Below, piece by piece: positions 13,019-30,430 of a stretch of 64,000 bases of DNA. Source of the stretch: the human T2T-CHM13v2.0 reference genome, Homo sapiens; the NCBI RefSeq assembly GCF_009914755.1, contig NC_060932.1. One strand, 5' to 3'. The position numbers and the translations under genes are program-made. Below the pieces are notes generated by a model. The model was not told the DNA's origin. It was given only the letters and a program-made list of their open reading frames with translations, and did no database searches. Within the stretch, counting starts at the first letter, position 1. Every line of letters begins with the position of its first letter.

Positions 13019-14479
13019 ATTTTTTTTTGTAAGGTATTTAAAACCCAGAAAATTTCCATCAAAATCTGAATTTTCAAATCTCTTAGACAGATCACCTTTC
13101 TGGCCACATCATTCTGGTGCACTTTATGACCATTATAAATGGGAGCTGAGCAGCAGTCACACTATCTATGTTGACATTTTACTTGATGAGTAGCTTTGTC
13201 CCCACCACTCCTGAGTACGCAGTCTTTCCAGTTTGAGGTTTTATGTGAGCTACCTGGCCCCTGGGGACATTTTCTTAGAAAAATAAGAGGCAAATTCATC
13301 AGCAAAGTGGGATGCTGGAGAAGGAAGTGTTGGTGGTTTTAAGAGAGCAATGGTGTATTACAGTCACTTAGGAGAGTGGGAAAGTGAAAAGACCAGCAGG
13401 AGAGTGGCAGGGAGGGGCACAGCAGGATTGCAAGGTGGGACTGAAGGTCCTCTTGGAGTTTTTGGCCATAAGTGGAACATACAGCCCATGAGCAGAGCTG
13501 TGTGCATTTATCCAGTCTCTTCAACCTCTTCGGGACAGGTGTGGGAGAGACAGTAAGTTGGATTTGATCAGGCTGGGAGTTTGCCCTGAGAGAGCCAAAA
13601 AAGTAATAGAGTCAGAGAGATGAGGCTTTTTGTGAGGAAGGGAAGATAATGCTAGGTCATGGAATTTGAGTGGATCAAGGAAGAATTGAGGACTTGAAGT
13701 GGGGGTGATGGACAGTGGAAAAGGGGAACCTCCTGATTAAGAACACTCACTTTGTGCACTGCAACCAGGCTGCAGAAATTCGAATCTCAGCTCTACCCAC
13801 ACTAGCTGGGTAAGGTTAGCCATGTTACTTGACCCCTCTGAGCCTTTGTTTCCTCATGTGAGATGAACTGCAAGATCCTTCCCCTCATAGGGGTGCTGTG
13901 AAGATTGCGAAGATGCAATGCACACACACACAGACACACACATACACATACACAGACAGATTGTCTGGCACATTATAAGTGCTACAAAGATACTTTTTCT
14001 TCCCTACATTGATTTTCATTTTAAAAAACACTTTCACTTATTTGTTCAATTGCAAAATATTTATTGTTTACCTATGTAACAAACCCGCACATCCTGCACA
14101 TGTACCTTAGAACTTAAAATTAAATTTTTTAAAAAAGAAACTACTAATCTATCTTCCAAAGTAGCTATATCTTTTGCATTGCTACCAGTGAAGAAGAGTT
14201 CTTGTTGCTCTACTTTTTTACCAGAATTTTGTGTTGTCAGCGTTTTGGCTTTCAGCCATTCTAATAAGCATACAGAAGTATCTCACCATTGTTTTGATTT
14301 GCAAATCCCTAATGGTATATAATGCTGAGCATTTTTTCATATTCATATTTGCCATTTATGTCTTATTGTTGGATGTCTGTTCAGATCTTTGCCCATTAAA
14401 AAATTGGTTGTTTTCTTAAAAAATATTTATTTCTTGAGTGTTGATAGTGTAAAAGAAGATTAGGTGGTATTTTTTGGGG

Positions 14480-14815
14480 GGCCAGAAAGAAAAATCAGGA
14501 ATGAAGCTGATCAGAGACTGACAAAGCATCTTTAAGGCAAGCAGGAAGGACAAGCCCCGTAAAGGAAACAGAGAAGGCTCTGGATGGGCGGTGTTCCTTA
14601 AAGGACTTGGTAGGTTTTGGACACGAAGCAAGAAGAAAGAGGCAGCTAGTATGTGAAGGACAGCAGAGGCTGCTGAGCCCGGGATTTCATAGATTTGTCT
14701 GACATTGCCTTTGAAGCAGAGACAGGCATCGTCCCAAAGGCTGATTCATGGAGAGAATTTCTGACAGTGTGCCAGTCCAAGGAAGGAGATGTTTTTGAAG
14801 AGGTGGAATTTTTCC
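14480..14815 (-). mobile_element. Ancient LINE reverse-transcriptase fragment (L4/RTE-like)
   Basis: Minus-strand translation …ILAASFFLLRVQNL…LSFLLALKML resembles RT motifs GC+LAP.LF.L++.DL and +LLYADD. Confidence 0.4.
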
Positions 14816-15914
14816 TTACTAATTAGTTTTCGTTTTTAAGAAAAAAATATAAGGCATGTACTTGGTAAATATTTCAAGCAGTAAAAATGGCTGTAGAATG
14901 ATGATAAACGTACCATCCTACTCTGGGTTCCCTTCCAGAACAATCATGGTTGCCAGTTTTCTCATATCCAAGAAAAAAATATTCTCTTCAATTTTAACAT
15001 GTTTATACATATATTTTCAAATATATCCATTGAAATAAACTACAATACATTTCGCTATTTTTCAGTGGTGGGGATTATTCCAAATAAGTCCATCTACAAA
15101 GTTTTCCACATTACGTGCTATCATGCACTTAAACAGTCCCTTGTGGTACAAATTCATGTGTTTTCTAATCTTTTGCTCTTACAACCAAGGTGACCAGAAA
15201 ACTCATGATCGTAATTCTTTTGTACTTGGGCTGGTTGCCTGTAGGATAAATTGAGATAGTTAGATTATGCACTTTGCAAAAAACTGTGTATTTAGAATAC
15301 TGGTAGATATTGCCTAATTGCCCTCTAATAACATTATACCAAATCAATACTCTCACTAATGATGTAGGATGGAGAATTGTTTCACAGTCTCATCAACACT
15401 AACAATGTTTCATCATTTTCACTGGATAAAGTAAAAATACTTTTTATTTTATTATATTTCTGTAATTTTGAGGGAAGTTAAAGATCTTTATGTTGAAAAT
15501 CCAATTGCATTTATTTATTTTTCTGAAGAACATATTTGTTCATATTTCTATTGAGCCAACGTCTTTTATTATTTGTAAAAAAAATTATTTGTTATGGTCC
15601 TCAGTTCTTTGTCTACTATATATGCTACAAATATTTTCGAAGTTGTCTATATACACTGATTTTGTTTATAGTATTTCTAGATAAGCAGATATTTACAATT
15701 TTTTTTTTAATTATACTTTAAGTTTTAGGGTACATGTGCACATTGTGCAGGTTAGTTACATATGTATACATGTGCCATGCTGGTGCGCTGCACCCACTAA
15801 CTCGTCATCTAGCATTAGGTATATCTCCCAATGCTATCCCTCCCCCCTCCCACCTCCCCACCATAGTCCCCAGAGTGTGATATTCCCCTTCCTGTGTCCA
15901 TGTGATCTCATTGT

Positions 15915-19741
<3,827 letters not shown>

Positions 19742-19804
19742 TATGATGTTAGCTGGTGATTTTGCTCGTTAGTTGATGCAGTTTCTTCCTAGTCTTGATG
19801 ATCT

Positions 19805-20820
19805 TTAATTTTGGCATGATTTTGCAGCGGCTGGTACCGGTTGTTCCTTTCCATGTTTAGCGCTTCCTTCAGGAGCTATTTTAGGGCAGGCCTGGTGGTG
19901 ACAAAATCTCTCAGCATTTGCTTGTCTGTAAAGTATTTTATTTCTCCTTCACTTATGAAGCTTAGTTTGGCTGGATATGAAATTCTGGGTTGAAAATTCT
20001 TTTCTTTAAGAATGTTGAATATTGGCCCCCACTCTCTTCTGGCTTGTAGGGTTTCTGCCGAGAGATCCGCTGTTAGTCTGATGGGCTTCCCTTTGAGGGT
20101 AACCCGACCTTTCTCTCTGGCTGCCCTTAACATTTTTTCCTTCATTTCAACTTTAGTGAATCTGACAATTATGTGTCTTGGAGTTGCTCTTCTCGAGGAG
20201 TATTTTTGTGGCGTTCTCTGTATTTCCTGAATCTGAACGTTGGCCTGCCTTGCTAGATTGGGGAAGTTCTCCTGGATAATATCCTGCAGAGTGTTTTCCA
20301 ACTTGGTTCCATTCTCCCCATCACTTTCAGGTACACCAATCAGACGTAGATTTGGTCTTTTCACATAGTCCCATATTTCTTGGAGGCTTTGCTCATTTCT
20401 TTCTTTTCTTTTTTCTCTAAACTTCCCTTCTCGCTTCATTTCATTCATTTCATCTTCCATTGCTGATACCCTTTCTTCCAGTTGATCGCATCGGCTCCTG
20501 AGACTTCTGCATTCTTCATGTAGTTCTCGAGCCTTGGTTTTCAGCTCCATCAGCTCCTTTAAGCACTTCTCTGTATTGGTTATTCTAGTTATACATCCTT
20601 CTAAATTTTTTTCAAAGTTTTCAACTTCTTTGCCTTTGGTTTGAATGTCCTCCCGTAGCTCAGGGTAATTTGATCGTCTGAAGCCTTCTTCTCTCAGCTC
20701 GTCAAAATCATTGTCCATCTAGCTTTGTTCCATTGCTGGTGAGGAACTGCGTTCCTTTGGAGGAGGAGAGGCGCTCTGCGTTTTAGAGTTTCCAGTTTTT
20801 CTGCTCTGTTTTTTCCCCAT
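19805..20820 (-). pseudogene. L1 ORF1 (RNA-binding protein), disrupted
   Basis: ATG at 20818-20820; W34>TAG at 20719-20721; ORF 19876-20718 matches ORF1p; second premature TAG after RPALK at 19876. Confidence 0.95.
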
Positions 20821-21726
20821 CTTTGTGGTTTTATCTACTTTTGGTCTTTGATGATGGTGATGTACAGATGTGTTTTTGGTGTGGATGTCCTTTCTGTTTG
20901 TTAGTTTTCCTTCTAACAGACAGGACCCTCAGCTGCAGGTCTGTTGGAATACCCTGCTGTGTGAGGTGTCAGTGTGCCCCTGCTGGGGGGTGCCTCCCAG
21001 TTAGGCTGCTCGGGGGTCAGGGGTCAGGGACCCACTTGAGGAGGCAGTCTGCCCGTTCTCAGATCTCCAGCTGCATGCTGGGAGAACCACTGCTCTCTTC
21101 AAGGCTGTCAGACAGGGACATTTAAGTCTGCAGAGGTTACTGCTGTCTTTTTGTTTGTCTGTGCCCTGCCCCCAGAGGTGGAGCCTACAGAGGCAGGCAG
21201 GCCTCCTTGAGCTGTGGTGGGCTCCACCCAGTTTGAGCTTCCTGGCTGCTTTGTTTACCTAATCAAGCCTGGGCAATGGTGGGCGCCCCGCCCCCAGCCT
21301 CGCTGCAGCCTTGCAGTTTGATCTCAGACTGCTGTGCTAGCAATCAGTGAGATTCCGTGGGCATAGGACCCTCTGAGCCAGGTGTGGGATATAGTCTCGT
21401 GGTGCGCCGTTTTTTAAGCCGGTCTGAAAAGCGCAATATTCGTGTGGGAGTGACCCGATTTTCCAAGTGCGTCCGTCACCCCTTTCTTTGACTCGGAAAG
21501 GGAACTCCCTGACCCCTTGTGCTTCCCAGGTGAGGCAATGCCTCGCCCTGCTTCGGCTCGCGCACAGTGCGCGCACCCACTGGCCTGCGCCCACTGTCTG
21601 GCACTCCCTAGTGAGATGAACCCGGTACCTCAGATGGAAATGCAGAAATCACCCGTCTTCTGCGTCGCTCACGCTGGGAGCTGTAGACCGGAGCTGTTCC
21701 TATTCGGCCATCGTGGCTCCTCCCAC
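20821..21726 (-). promoter_or_regulatory. L1 5'UTR: CpG-rich internal sense promoter plus antisense promoter (fires on + strand)
   Basis: Only CpG-dense stretch in the window; ORF0-like MVGAPPPASLQPCSLISDCCASNQ* at 21276-21350 (+); antisense donors CCAG|GTGTGG (21381) and CCAG|GTGAGG (21529). Confidence 0.8.
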
Positions 21727-24667
21727 CTCAGATATTTACAAATATTAACATGTTATATTTAATAGTCTTTGGGGGATTCTGAATTATATATCTTGCTTAG
21801 AAAGAACTTACTACTGCAAGATTACAAGAAAAAATACATTTTCATCTTAATTTTGATTCATCTAGATCCAAATTTTTATATAAGTGATAAATTAAGAACT
21901 CACCTTAATTTATTCTTTTCTCAGTAGCTTGTCCCACCAGTATTGATTGATTATGCAGTCTTTAACAAACTGATGTGGAGTGCTGACATTATCATAATCT
22001 AAATTTTTACATTATTTGAGTCTCACTCAAGACTCCACACTTTTCCTTTGAAATTTCTACTCATCCACTAGTATCAAATTTTATTACTTATGGAAGCTTT
22101 ATAATACTATATAATAATGTTTCCTTACCTTTATTTTTCAAAATTTTCCTGGCTAATCTTTATTTGAACTATAAGTTCAGCATGTCTAGTTTAATAGAAA
22201 AAATTCTATTGGTAAGTTTCTTGGAATCACATTCAATTTATGAATTAACATAGGATAAATTAGCATCTTTACAATCTTGCATTAATTTTACAAGAACTGG
22301 GCATGAATTCCCATTAATCCAAATAGTATTTTATGTTTCTTGGTTCACAGTAAAAGTGTTTTAAAGTCCTTTCTATGCCCTATGAGAGCATTTAGAAAGT
22401 TTATTCATACAAAGCTAGCACATTTCTATTTACCTCTGTTTCTAAGGATTTATTTCTTACTTTGTGTCTTTTATTTAATGGAGATTTCTTTGAGTAACAT
22501 TAAGTACAACCTACGTGAAAATAGTAAAGCCACCAGGGTTTTAGAAATTAATTTCTAAATTCTCCTAACATGCTTCCATTATTTTTAAGGATTTACCCAG
22601 TTGATAATTTTGAGTTTTCCAGGCTTATAAAATTTTCTAGGTATTTGTAAATGATTGACAATTTTTCTTGTCTTTTAGAATTTTTAAACCTCATATTTAT
22701 TTATCTTGCCTCGATTTATTGGAAAGAATTTTGCACAATATATTGGGTAATAGGGATGATAGTCAACATCTTTATCTTGTTTCTTAGTTTAATGAAAACA
22801 TTTTCGTGTTTCACTGTTAGACATGTTGCCAATTAAATGATTTTCGAAACAATATTTGACATTTATTAATATGTTTTATTACATTTCTTATATATTCTAG
22901 AATATTATGCTTTATAATCAGGTTTTTAAATTTATTTGCATAAGGTTAAGCAAAATTGTGTATCATATATTTTTTAATTTTATTCTTATACATAGTTGTT
23001 TCTAATATAGTTATTTCTGTCTTCTTTGGCTTCTATTGTATTATATCTATTTCAATATAACTTTTAAGAAACAAGACTGGATCATTTTTCTTAGTTTGAT
23101 TTTGTTTTTAGTTCTAACAAAGATATTCCATGTATGTAGGCATGTTGGTAATAATTCCTACAATCTCTCATTCATCTTACATTTATTGACTACTTTTGAT
23201 GCATTCAACATTACGCTATGTGATGTAGACAACAAAGAGGCATTCAAGTTGCTTCCTTTTAAAGAGTTTAATCCAGTGGACATGTTCATGAGTAATTAAG
23301 GTATAAGAGTAGTATCAACCTGGGAACTGATGAGAACATTGAGAGATTTAAAGTCTCTAAACTAGGTAGTAGCAGAGCAAGTACTTAAACCTGGTTCTCT
23401 GGGGCATCAAGATAAATCCTACATAGGACTGTGTCTTCAAATATATTTGTGAGATGTATTTTTTGAGAGATATACTTTCTGAAGCTTTATATATCTGATA
23501 ATTTCTTTCTGTTATTTTAATAAAACACACACACTAACACACAATACCATATTGGTTTGATATAGAGTTCTCGGATCGCAATGTCTATCTTTCATAATTC
23601 CATAAACTTTTGGAAAAGTCCCTGGTCAGTCTTACTTGTTCCTCTGAAAGTAATCTGTTTCTTCTTACCCCACGTACCATGTTTTGCATTTAGAATTATT
23701 TTTATTTTCATGACTTTTTGAAATTCTAAAATTTTACAAAATATTTCCCTACCATAGTCTTGATTTTTAAAGTTTTTACCTAGACTATGGTGAGTTCTTC
23801 CAATATGTATATTCTGATTTATTTTGTACAGAAAATTGTATTTATGACTTTCACTATAATTTTCTTTGATTTTTGTCTGTAAAAGTATAAAAGACTAGGT
23901 AATTAAAAGCGCTCTCCCACTTTTAAACAGTGGAATCTGGATAACCCATAATTTCTAGTTTATTGCTGAACTTCCTGAAGGTAAGCATAAGGGGCAAAGA
24001 ACTTGGAATACCAGCAGGAGCTGTGCACTGTAAGGAAAGACTTTGTTTACGTCGGGGGAAATTTTGATATCAGCACTCCAGAATGCAGAACATTCTTAAA
24101 AGAAAGAGGGAAAGAGAAAATAGAAAGTTAAAGGGTAAGAGACATAAAAAATGTAATGCAAGATAGAATATACATGTAATCAGCATCACAGAAAAGAAAA
24201 ATTGAGACAATGGAGGAGAGAAAATATTAAAGCAATCATGGCTAAAAATTTTTCCAGAATAAAGATTAAATACACATAGACAGAAAGCACAAAATATATC
24301 AAGCAGAATTAAAAACTCATATATACCCATAAACATTCTAGTGAAACTTTAAGCTATGAAAAGTCAGGTAAAATCTTAAAAACAACCTGATGCAAAAGAC
24401 AAATTACCCAAAGATTTTCAATTAATCTGATAGTAATCCATACAAACTAAACCAATACTGTTTTTAACTGGTATCTTTCCTTCTCATTTTTCATATTTTA
24501 TTTCAGAGTCAAGTCTCCTTTCATTTTATTAAATACTCATTTTCTGTTTTCTGAAGTCAGTCCTTTTCTGTTTCGATTTTCTCAGCTTTGAAAAGGCGCC
24601 GCTTTCCTTGTTTTGTGCTAGATAAGTAAATTGTTTGCCAACTTTAACAAATTAGACCAAACTTTAC

Positions 24668-24908
24668 CAAAAACGTCTGGATTAAATTTTCTCACAAAAA
24701 AATTTATAATCAGACTGAAACAGCACTTTCCAACAATGTAGCTGCCTCATGCACAGATGGAGACAGAAAGCATTCCGTAAGCTTGTAATATTCTTCCAAA
24801 TTAATAAAGCATTGGTCAACATCTCTATTTTCACAGCTACTACAATCTTGTATAATTTTTTAAATTTCCACAGTTCATTGGGAAAGCTGATGAAGGTGAA
24901 TCAGACAT
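24668..24908 (-). pseudogene. RGS-repeat exon remnant
   Basis: tttgtttttaaag|AT…TTTG|gtaaag; FISFPNELWKFKK-fs-IQDCSSCENRDVDQCFINLEEYYKL…ENLIQTFL. Confidence 0.65.
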
Positions 24909-25029
24909 CTTTAAAAACAAAAATACACTAAAACTTTCCTTATCTGTTTTCCAAACTAAAACAGTAAGAACAATAACTATTTCATCACCACATAAAAATG
25001 CTAGTGCACACATAGTTCAAAAAACAATA

Positions 25030-25158
25030 GTACTTTTCCTGAGTAATTGGCTTGTTGGATCATTGCATTAAAGGCTGTATAATTGGCCAAGTTTCTCTTT
25101 TTGCTCTCCCTAATACTTGTGAAACTCATTTAGCAGCAATTTTTCTATTAGGAGATTT
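25030..25158 (-). pseudogene. Possible RGS-repeat exon remnant (3' boundary approximate)
   Basis: ggattcctag|AAA; VSQVLGRAKRETWPIIQPLMQ or LLIEKLLLNEFHKY*GEQ. Confidence 0.4.
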
Positions 25159-25469
25159 CTAGGAATCCAATAACCAAGAAAGTTAAAGGAAAAATAATAG
25201 ATGCTAAGCATCCAGGGCAGTAAGACTGGAATATTTGAACAACAAAAGCAAAAGCAACAAGGAAATGACAACTGACATTTATGAAGATCTTATTATATAC
25301 TAGGCACTTTACATGGAATTTTCCACTTCATTTTTACAATAAGTGTATGCACTTTATTTTACCTATCTGTGACTGAAATTTTAGGCAATTTGACCTCCTC
25401 TCTGCATTTTATGTATCCAGTATTACTTTTTCTTTAGCCAAGAATTAAATAAAATTCATACATGATTCT

Positions 25470-26150
25470 TTAATTCATTCCTTCAATTCTTCATTTAATA
25501 GATATTTACTGAATACCTAGCATACTACGCACCGTGTCACCTATTGCAGATACACTATGAATAAGTTCCATGTCTTTGCAGAGCTTATGCTTTGGTGGAA
25601 GACATGACAATAACAAAATGTAAATGAATGCATAATGCAATGACGGATAAGTGCTAATAATTTGAAAGGAAGGCAGATGATGAGATGGAGAGATGATGGA
25701 AAGCCTAATTTAAAGAGAGTATCAGGACTTCAGCTGCACTAAGGAGATGAGAGCAGACTCAGACTTGAAGAATAAGAGAGAACCAGCTGTGCAGTGATCA
25801 GAGGAAGAACATTTCAAGCAGAGAGAATGGCATGTACAAAGGCAGGATTAGGGGAGGGCATTTCTTCCTTCATCAAATCAATGGGAGACTATTCTGGTTG
25901 TAATATAAAAGCCAAGGAGTAGCGCTGCCTGAAGTGAGAATGGTGGCAGATCATTCAAGGATTTGCAGGTCTTGACAACAAGTTTTTATATTATTCCAAG
26001 AATGATGGGTAGCTATTGAAATATTTTACTCACTAGAGTGACATGATATGATCAATATTTTACCAAAATTACTGCTGCTGCAGTTTACAGAATGGATTGT
26101 ATGGGAAGTAGGAGGTATACGCAAAAGATACATTATGTAGATGTTGCATT
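25470..26150. mobile_element. L2 LINE fragment (approximate)
   Basis: attcattccttcaattcttcatttaatagatatttactgaatacc…gaggaagaacatttcaagcagagagaatggcatgtacaaagg. Confidence 0.65.
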
Positions 26151-26862
26151 TGCCAGACCTCTGGAGTGCCAATTATCCTGTAGTGCAGGAAAGTTCAAGT
26201 TTGGGAAACCTCACTGTACCATAGGTCAAACAGGAGAACAAGATATTATGCTATGATGCTCACTACCACTGATTTAAGATGGATTCACTAGCTTCTGGGG
26301 CTCTTCCTAGCCTGTCTGATTGTTTATTTGTATGTTTGTTTGTTTTGATTTGGTTTGGTTTTGGTTTTTTGGTTTTGTGTGTGTGCAATTCATAAATAGT
26401 ACCCTTTTTGAGTGAGATGCATAGGAAAGGTACTTCTGGGAAGGCACAACTCAACTAGATATAAAGCTTAAGATCATATGTTTGTGGCATAAAAGAATCA
26501 AAAGCATCTTTTGGGTTATGAATCTGCAATTTGGGCAAGGCTTAGGAGGGGTGGGTTTTTTGTACTCCTTCAGCATCAGCTAGAGGCGCTTGACCTGTAG
26601 CTACAGATTCTGCTTTCAAGATGGCTTACTCACAGGGCTTTGTGAGCTGAGTTTGGTTGCCACCTGGGAACAGCATGTGCCTTATGCCTATGAGCCATGA
26701 TCCAAGGTTATTCTCTATGTGAGACACTCCGCAATCTGCTTGGAGTCAGTCAGCTACAAGATGGTAGTTGTGTTCCAAAAGAACAAAGCAGTGTATGGCA
26801 TTTTAATGATCTAGCTTCTGAAATTACATATCATCAATTCTACTAATTCTATTGGTCTGGGC

Positions 26863-27056
26863 CAGCATTATCCAATACAATAGCCACTATGCAATGGCTA
26901 TTTAAATTTAAATTAATTGAAATTAAATAAAATTAAAGTTCAGTTGTACAGTCATCCTAGCCACATTTCAATGCCCAATGGGGCTAGTAGCTACTGCATT
27001 AGACAATACAGACAGAACATTTCTATCATTGCAGAATGTTCTGTTGAGCAGCGCTC
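26863..27056. mobile_element. MER3-type DNA transposon nested in an MLT1 LTR (~26480-27200)
   Basis: cagcattatccaat…ctagccacatttcaatg…catttctatcattgcagaatgttctgttgagcagcgct. Confidence 0.7.
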
Positions 27057-27921
27057 ATCTAGGAAGTCACAAAGACCCACTCAGATTCAAGGACAAGGGA
27101 CCTAGACTACATCACATGCTAGAGGAACTGTTAAGGTTGCAATATGTTAGAAAGATGTCGGAGATATTGTTGTGGTCATCTTTGGGAAACAGAGCTTGCC
27201 ACAGGAATTCAAGTTACAAAAAAGATGTAGGGTAAAATTATATCAACTGGTTATTAGTACTACAGCTTAACTTGTGCATATTCTATGACCCAGCAATTCT
27301 ACTCCTAGGTATCAAATAGAAATGTTGATTTTATACCAAAAAAAGACAAAAGCAACAATTATCATAACAGCACTTTTTTTAAAATCGCTACAAATCATAA
27401 GCCATCCAAATGTCCAAATATTCAAATTATGAGTTGATTTTTGGTTCTGATATATATTAGCCATGTTTCTTATGTAATTGCAAGATCACTCAAAACTTGT
27501 TTTATAACTATAAGTCTCATTATCTGTATAACAATGCAATCCTACCCTCTTGAGATTGTTGTGAAAAACGACAATCTCATACGCAAAAGCACCAAGTAGT
27601 GTATGGTTAGCACTCAATCAGTGTTTCTGTTTAGAAGAGGCCTTGCTTTGAAGACAGTGCTAGTCATATTGTGAGTACTCAATATTTGTAAATCAGTAAA
27701 TGGATATATGGATGAATCTTGTTTCTTCTCTTGCCTGTATGTACAAATCTCCTAATGCAACTCCAGTCAATGAGATTCTGTCCTATGTTTAAAAATCCCA
27801 GTACTCCCTACAGGACTTCTTTTTAATTATTGAACCCATACTTGGCAAGATAATATTGGAGTCTTAGAAAAGTAAAAAAGAGGGAGAATGGTTGTGGATC
27901 CAATGGCATCCAGTGGCTTAC

Positions 27922-28198
27922 CTCTGCTCTGAGAATTGCAGCTGGAAATCTCTTGAGAAAATGACACCCACGTAAAATTCCAGTGCTTCAGGTTTCAGTG
28001 AGGGAGGAAGACCACAAATATTACCTTCCTGTTGGTATTTGGGAACTTCCACTTCAGGTCCAAACCAGAAGCAGGAAGCTCAGTGCTTGCTAAGCAAGAA
28101 AAGGGAATAGACTAGAAAACATTCCAGCTGGGGGCTGGTATTGGGATAGTTCTTTCTTTGCCTAGGGCATTTCTTTCAATCCTGCCAATAATTTGAAC
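27922..28198 (-). pseudogene. RGS-repeat exon remnant
   Basis: Strong sites tttcctttttggcag|GTT…AGAG|gtaagc; PAPSWNVF…RKVIFVVFL-fs-EALEFYVGV-fs-HFLKRFPAAILRAE. Confidence 0.7.
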
Positions 28199-29240
28199 CT
28201 GCCAAAAAGGAAACATTCTCTTCAATAGCACATAGCAAAAATGTCTCCAACATTTACTGTGTGCTGGGATCCAAACCCAGGTATGTCTTTCTAATTGCCA
28301 CATCTATTCTCTTTCTTTGTTAGCACTTGGTTTGGACCTAGGGTTAGAGACATAGCTAGGACATTGAGAATGGAGGCTAGAAAACACAAATTTAAAATAC
28401 ATAGCTCAAAGTGGAAAAGATTTGGTGCCTTTGTCAGGTTAAAAAAAAAGTGCTATTGAATTTTTAAATATCTCTTCTACTTTGGTTAACCACCTAAGTC
28501 TTCATGGAGAAAGCCACAGCTGAATGGCACATGAAGAAGGACAGAAATGGACACACCCATTGAACAGAATAGTATGAACAAAGACATGAAGCTCTGAATA
28601 TATGAGATATTTTGTAGGGAAAGTAAACAGTACTTTTGGCTGAGGCATATTGGAAAATAAGCAAGGCAAAGAACACTAAAATTTACGAAACACCTACAAT
28701 GACCTAAAACCTGTGCTAAGCCCCCCCTCCTATGTTATTTGTTTTACTTAATCAGGGAGATGAAGATACTTGCAAAAGATCAAACAGCTAGAAAGCAGTG
28801 AAAATGGAATTCAGAATCTGTTCTGACCCATTCCAAGGACAACACATGTTGGACTATGGAAGATAAAGCTTGTAGGGTACTTTGGAGTAGACAAAGCAGG
28901 GTCTTAAATGTACATTTAAACATCTAACTTTAATTTTTAGAGCACGTTTGAAGCATGATTCTAATGAGACTGAGACTCACTATGCTGACAGTTGTTAGCA
29001 GGGTGAACACAAAGAACACAGGTCAGCCAGGCCTGGGAGTGAGTTACCCATAAAGCCTCAGATCCTGGGAGAGCCTGTTCATTCATTTGCAAAGCCCTTG
29101 GCAATGGGGTATGTGGCTGTCTCTGTTTTTCATTATTCACGAGAGAAAACTGGAGCAGAGGCCTGAATGAGGTCACTGTCAGAATCAGAACCAGGACTGG
29201 AATGAACTCACAGGTCACTTGGATTCTAATTATGCTCATG

Positions 29241-29284
29241 CTTGCTTATCTCTTGCTTACCTCTTGCTTACCTCTTGCTTATCT
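29241..29284. repeat. 11-bp tandem repeat x4 (cttgctta[c/t]ct) overlapping a splice donor
   Basis: Direct reading; minus strand gives two tandem AG|GTAAGC donors. Confidence 0.9.
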
Positions 29285-29469
29285 ACTTGGGCATCTAACC
29301 TCTCAATCCCAGGGTTTCTCCTTTGAGTGAACTTGGAAAATCTGAAAACACACTAATTTATCATCTTCTTTCATCTGGAAGAATTTTCTTATATGGATAT
29401 AAATATCAAAATTTCCCCCAAGCATTTCTATATTCTAATGCACACACTGTATATCACACATCTTGAAGC
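29261..29469 (-). pseudogene. RGS-repeat exon remnant
   Basis: ccatttttag|G CTT CAA; LQDV*YTVCALEY-fs-GNFDIYIHIRKFFQMKEDDKLVCFQIFQVH. Confidence 0.7.
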
Positions 29470-29927
29470 CTAAAAATGGCAGATACTCCCTCTCCTCTCT
29501 CACCCTTGCATCTCCATAGCACTTCATCTTATTTTTATGATCTTTAGTGCATGTTGCCTTGAATGAGCACGATATCCTTGAAGGCAGAAATTATCTTTTC
29601 TAAAAAAGTAATCTCCAAATATATCACATCTATTTTAGGCTGTTTCCAACTTGCAGTATTATAAACACCAAGACATACACATTTTGGTACCTAAATCTGT
29701 ATGCGTATTTATGACTTTCTATTTTCCTAGAAGTGGAATATCCATTATCTAACATTTCTAAATCCTTAAAACATTTTTCTTCCAATGTGTCCTCAAAAAG
29801 TTTCAGGTTTTACTCCCATCCACAAATTAAAATACTCTCATATGATATTCACAAGAAGTGGGTTATAAACGCATTCCTTTAAAATCTGATAGAGGAGGGC
29901 ACAATCGTTCAGAAAGGAAATGACATT

Positions 29928-30430
29928 GTACCAGTGACTTGCACATTGTTCCTAACACCACCCTCTGTCCCCCCTACTCTGTAGCATTGGGGATGAATCA
30001 GTTGGCTTCTGGGTAGGCTTGGCCGTTGGGTGGCACTGGTGAAAAAATGGAAAGTAGGAAGAGGGAAGAAGCCAAGTATTTCTCCCCTCTTGCTCAGATC
30101 CAGGCATGATCTCTGACAGTGGCTGCCATCTCCTCTGAAGTTAGTTTCAAATCCTTTCCACAGAGTTCCTCCCTCTTTGGTTCAGGCTCCCATATGGTAG
30201 CCCCACCACAGTTTAGCTCCTGCCTGACTGCTTCAGCCTCTGGGCTCTGATACATCACTTTCTCCCTGCATCCCTCCCATCCCTCTTTGGGGAGCAGCTT
30301 CCTCCTATTGCTACTCTTCAGTTGCCTCACCATCTCCTGCTTGCCTTAACAATTCTCATCATACCTTCGTATCAAATCACCTCTATCTGTCTCTCCACTG
30401 TAGGCTGTTTTTCTGATGTTCTCCTGGTTG
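29928..30430. mobile_element. Old ERVL LTR, LTR33-like (approximate)
   Basis: tgtaccagtgac…ggcttctgggtaggcttggcc…gggagcagcttcctcctattgct…tctcctggttga. Confidence 0.5.

Noticed and set aside
14480-14815. Minus-strand reading FKNISFL…NVRQIYEIPG looked like another RGS exon
   Set aside because: The continuation (ILAASFFLLRVQNL…LSFLLALKML) fits LINE reverse-transcriptase motifs better; treated as an ancient L4/RTE-like fragment.
29241-29284. CRISPR-like or other prokaryotic repeat array
   Set aside because: Contiguous tandem repeat with no spacers in clearly primate DNA; no CRISPR, rRNA or tRNA seen anywhere in the window.
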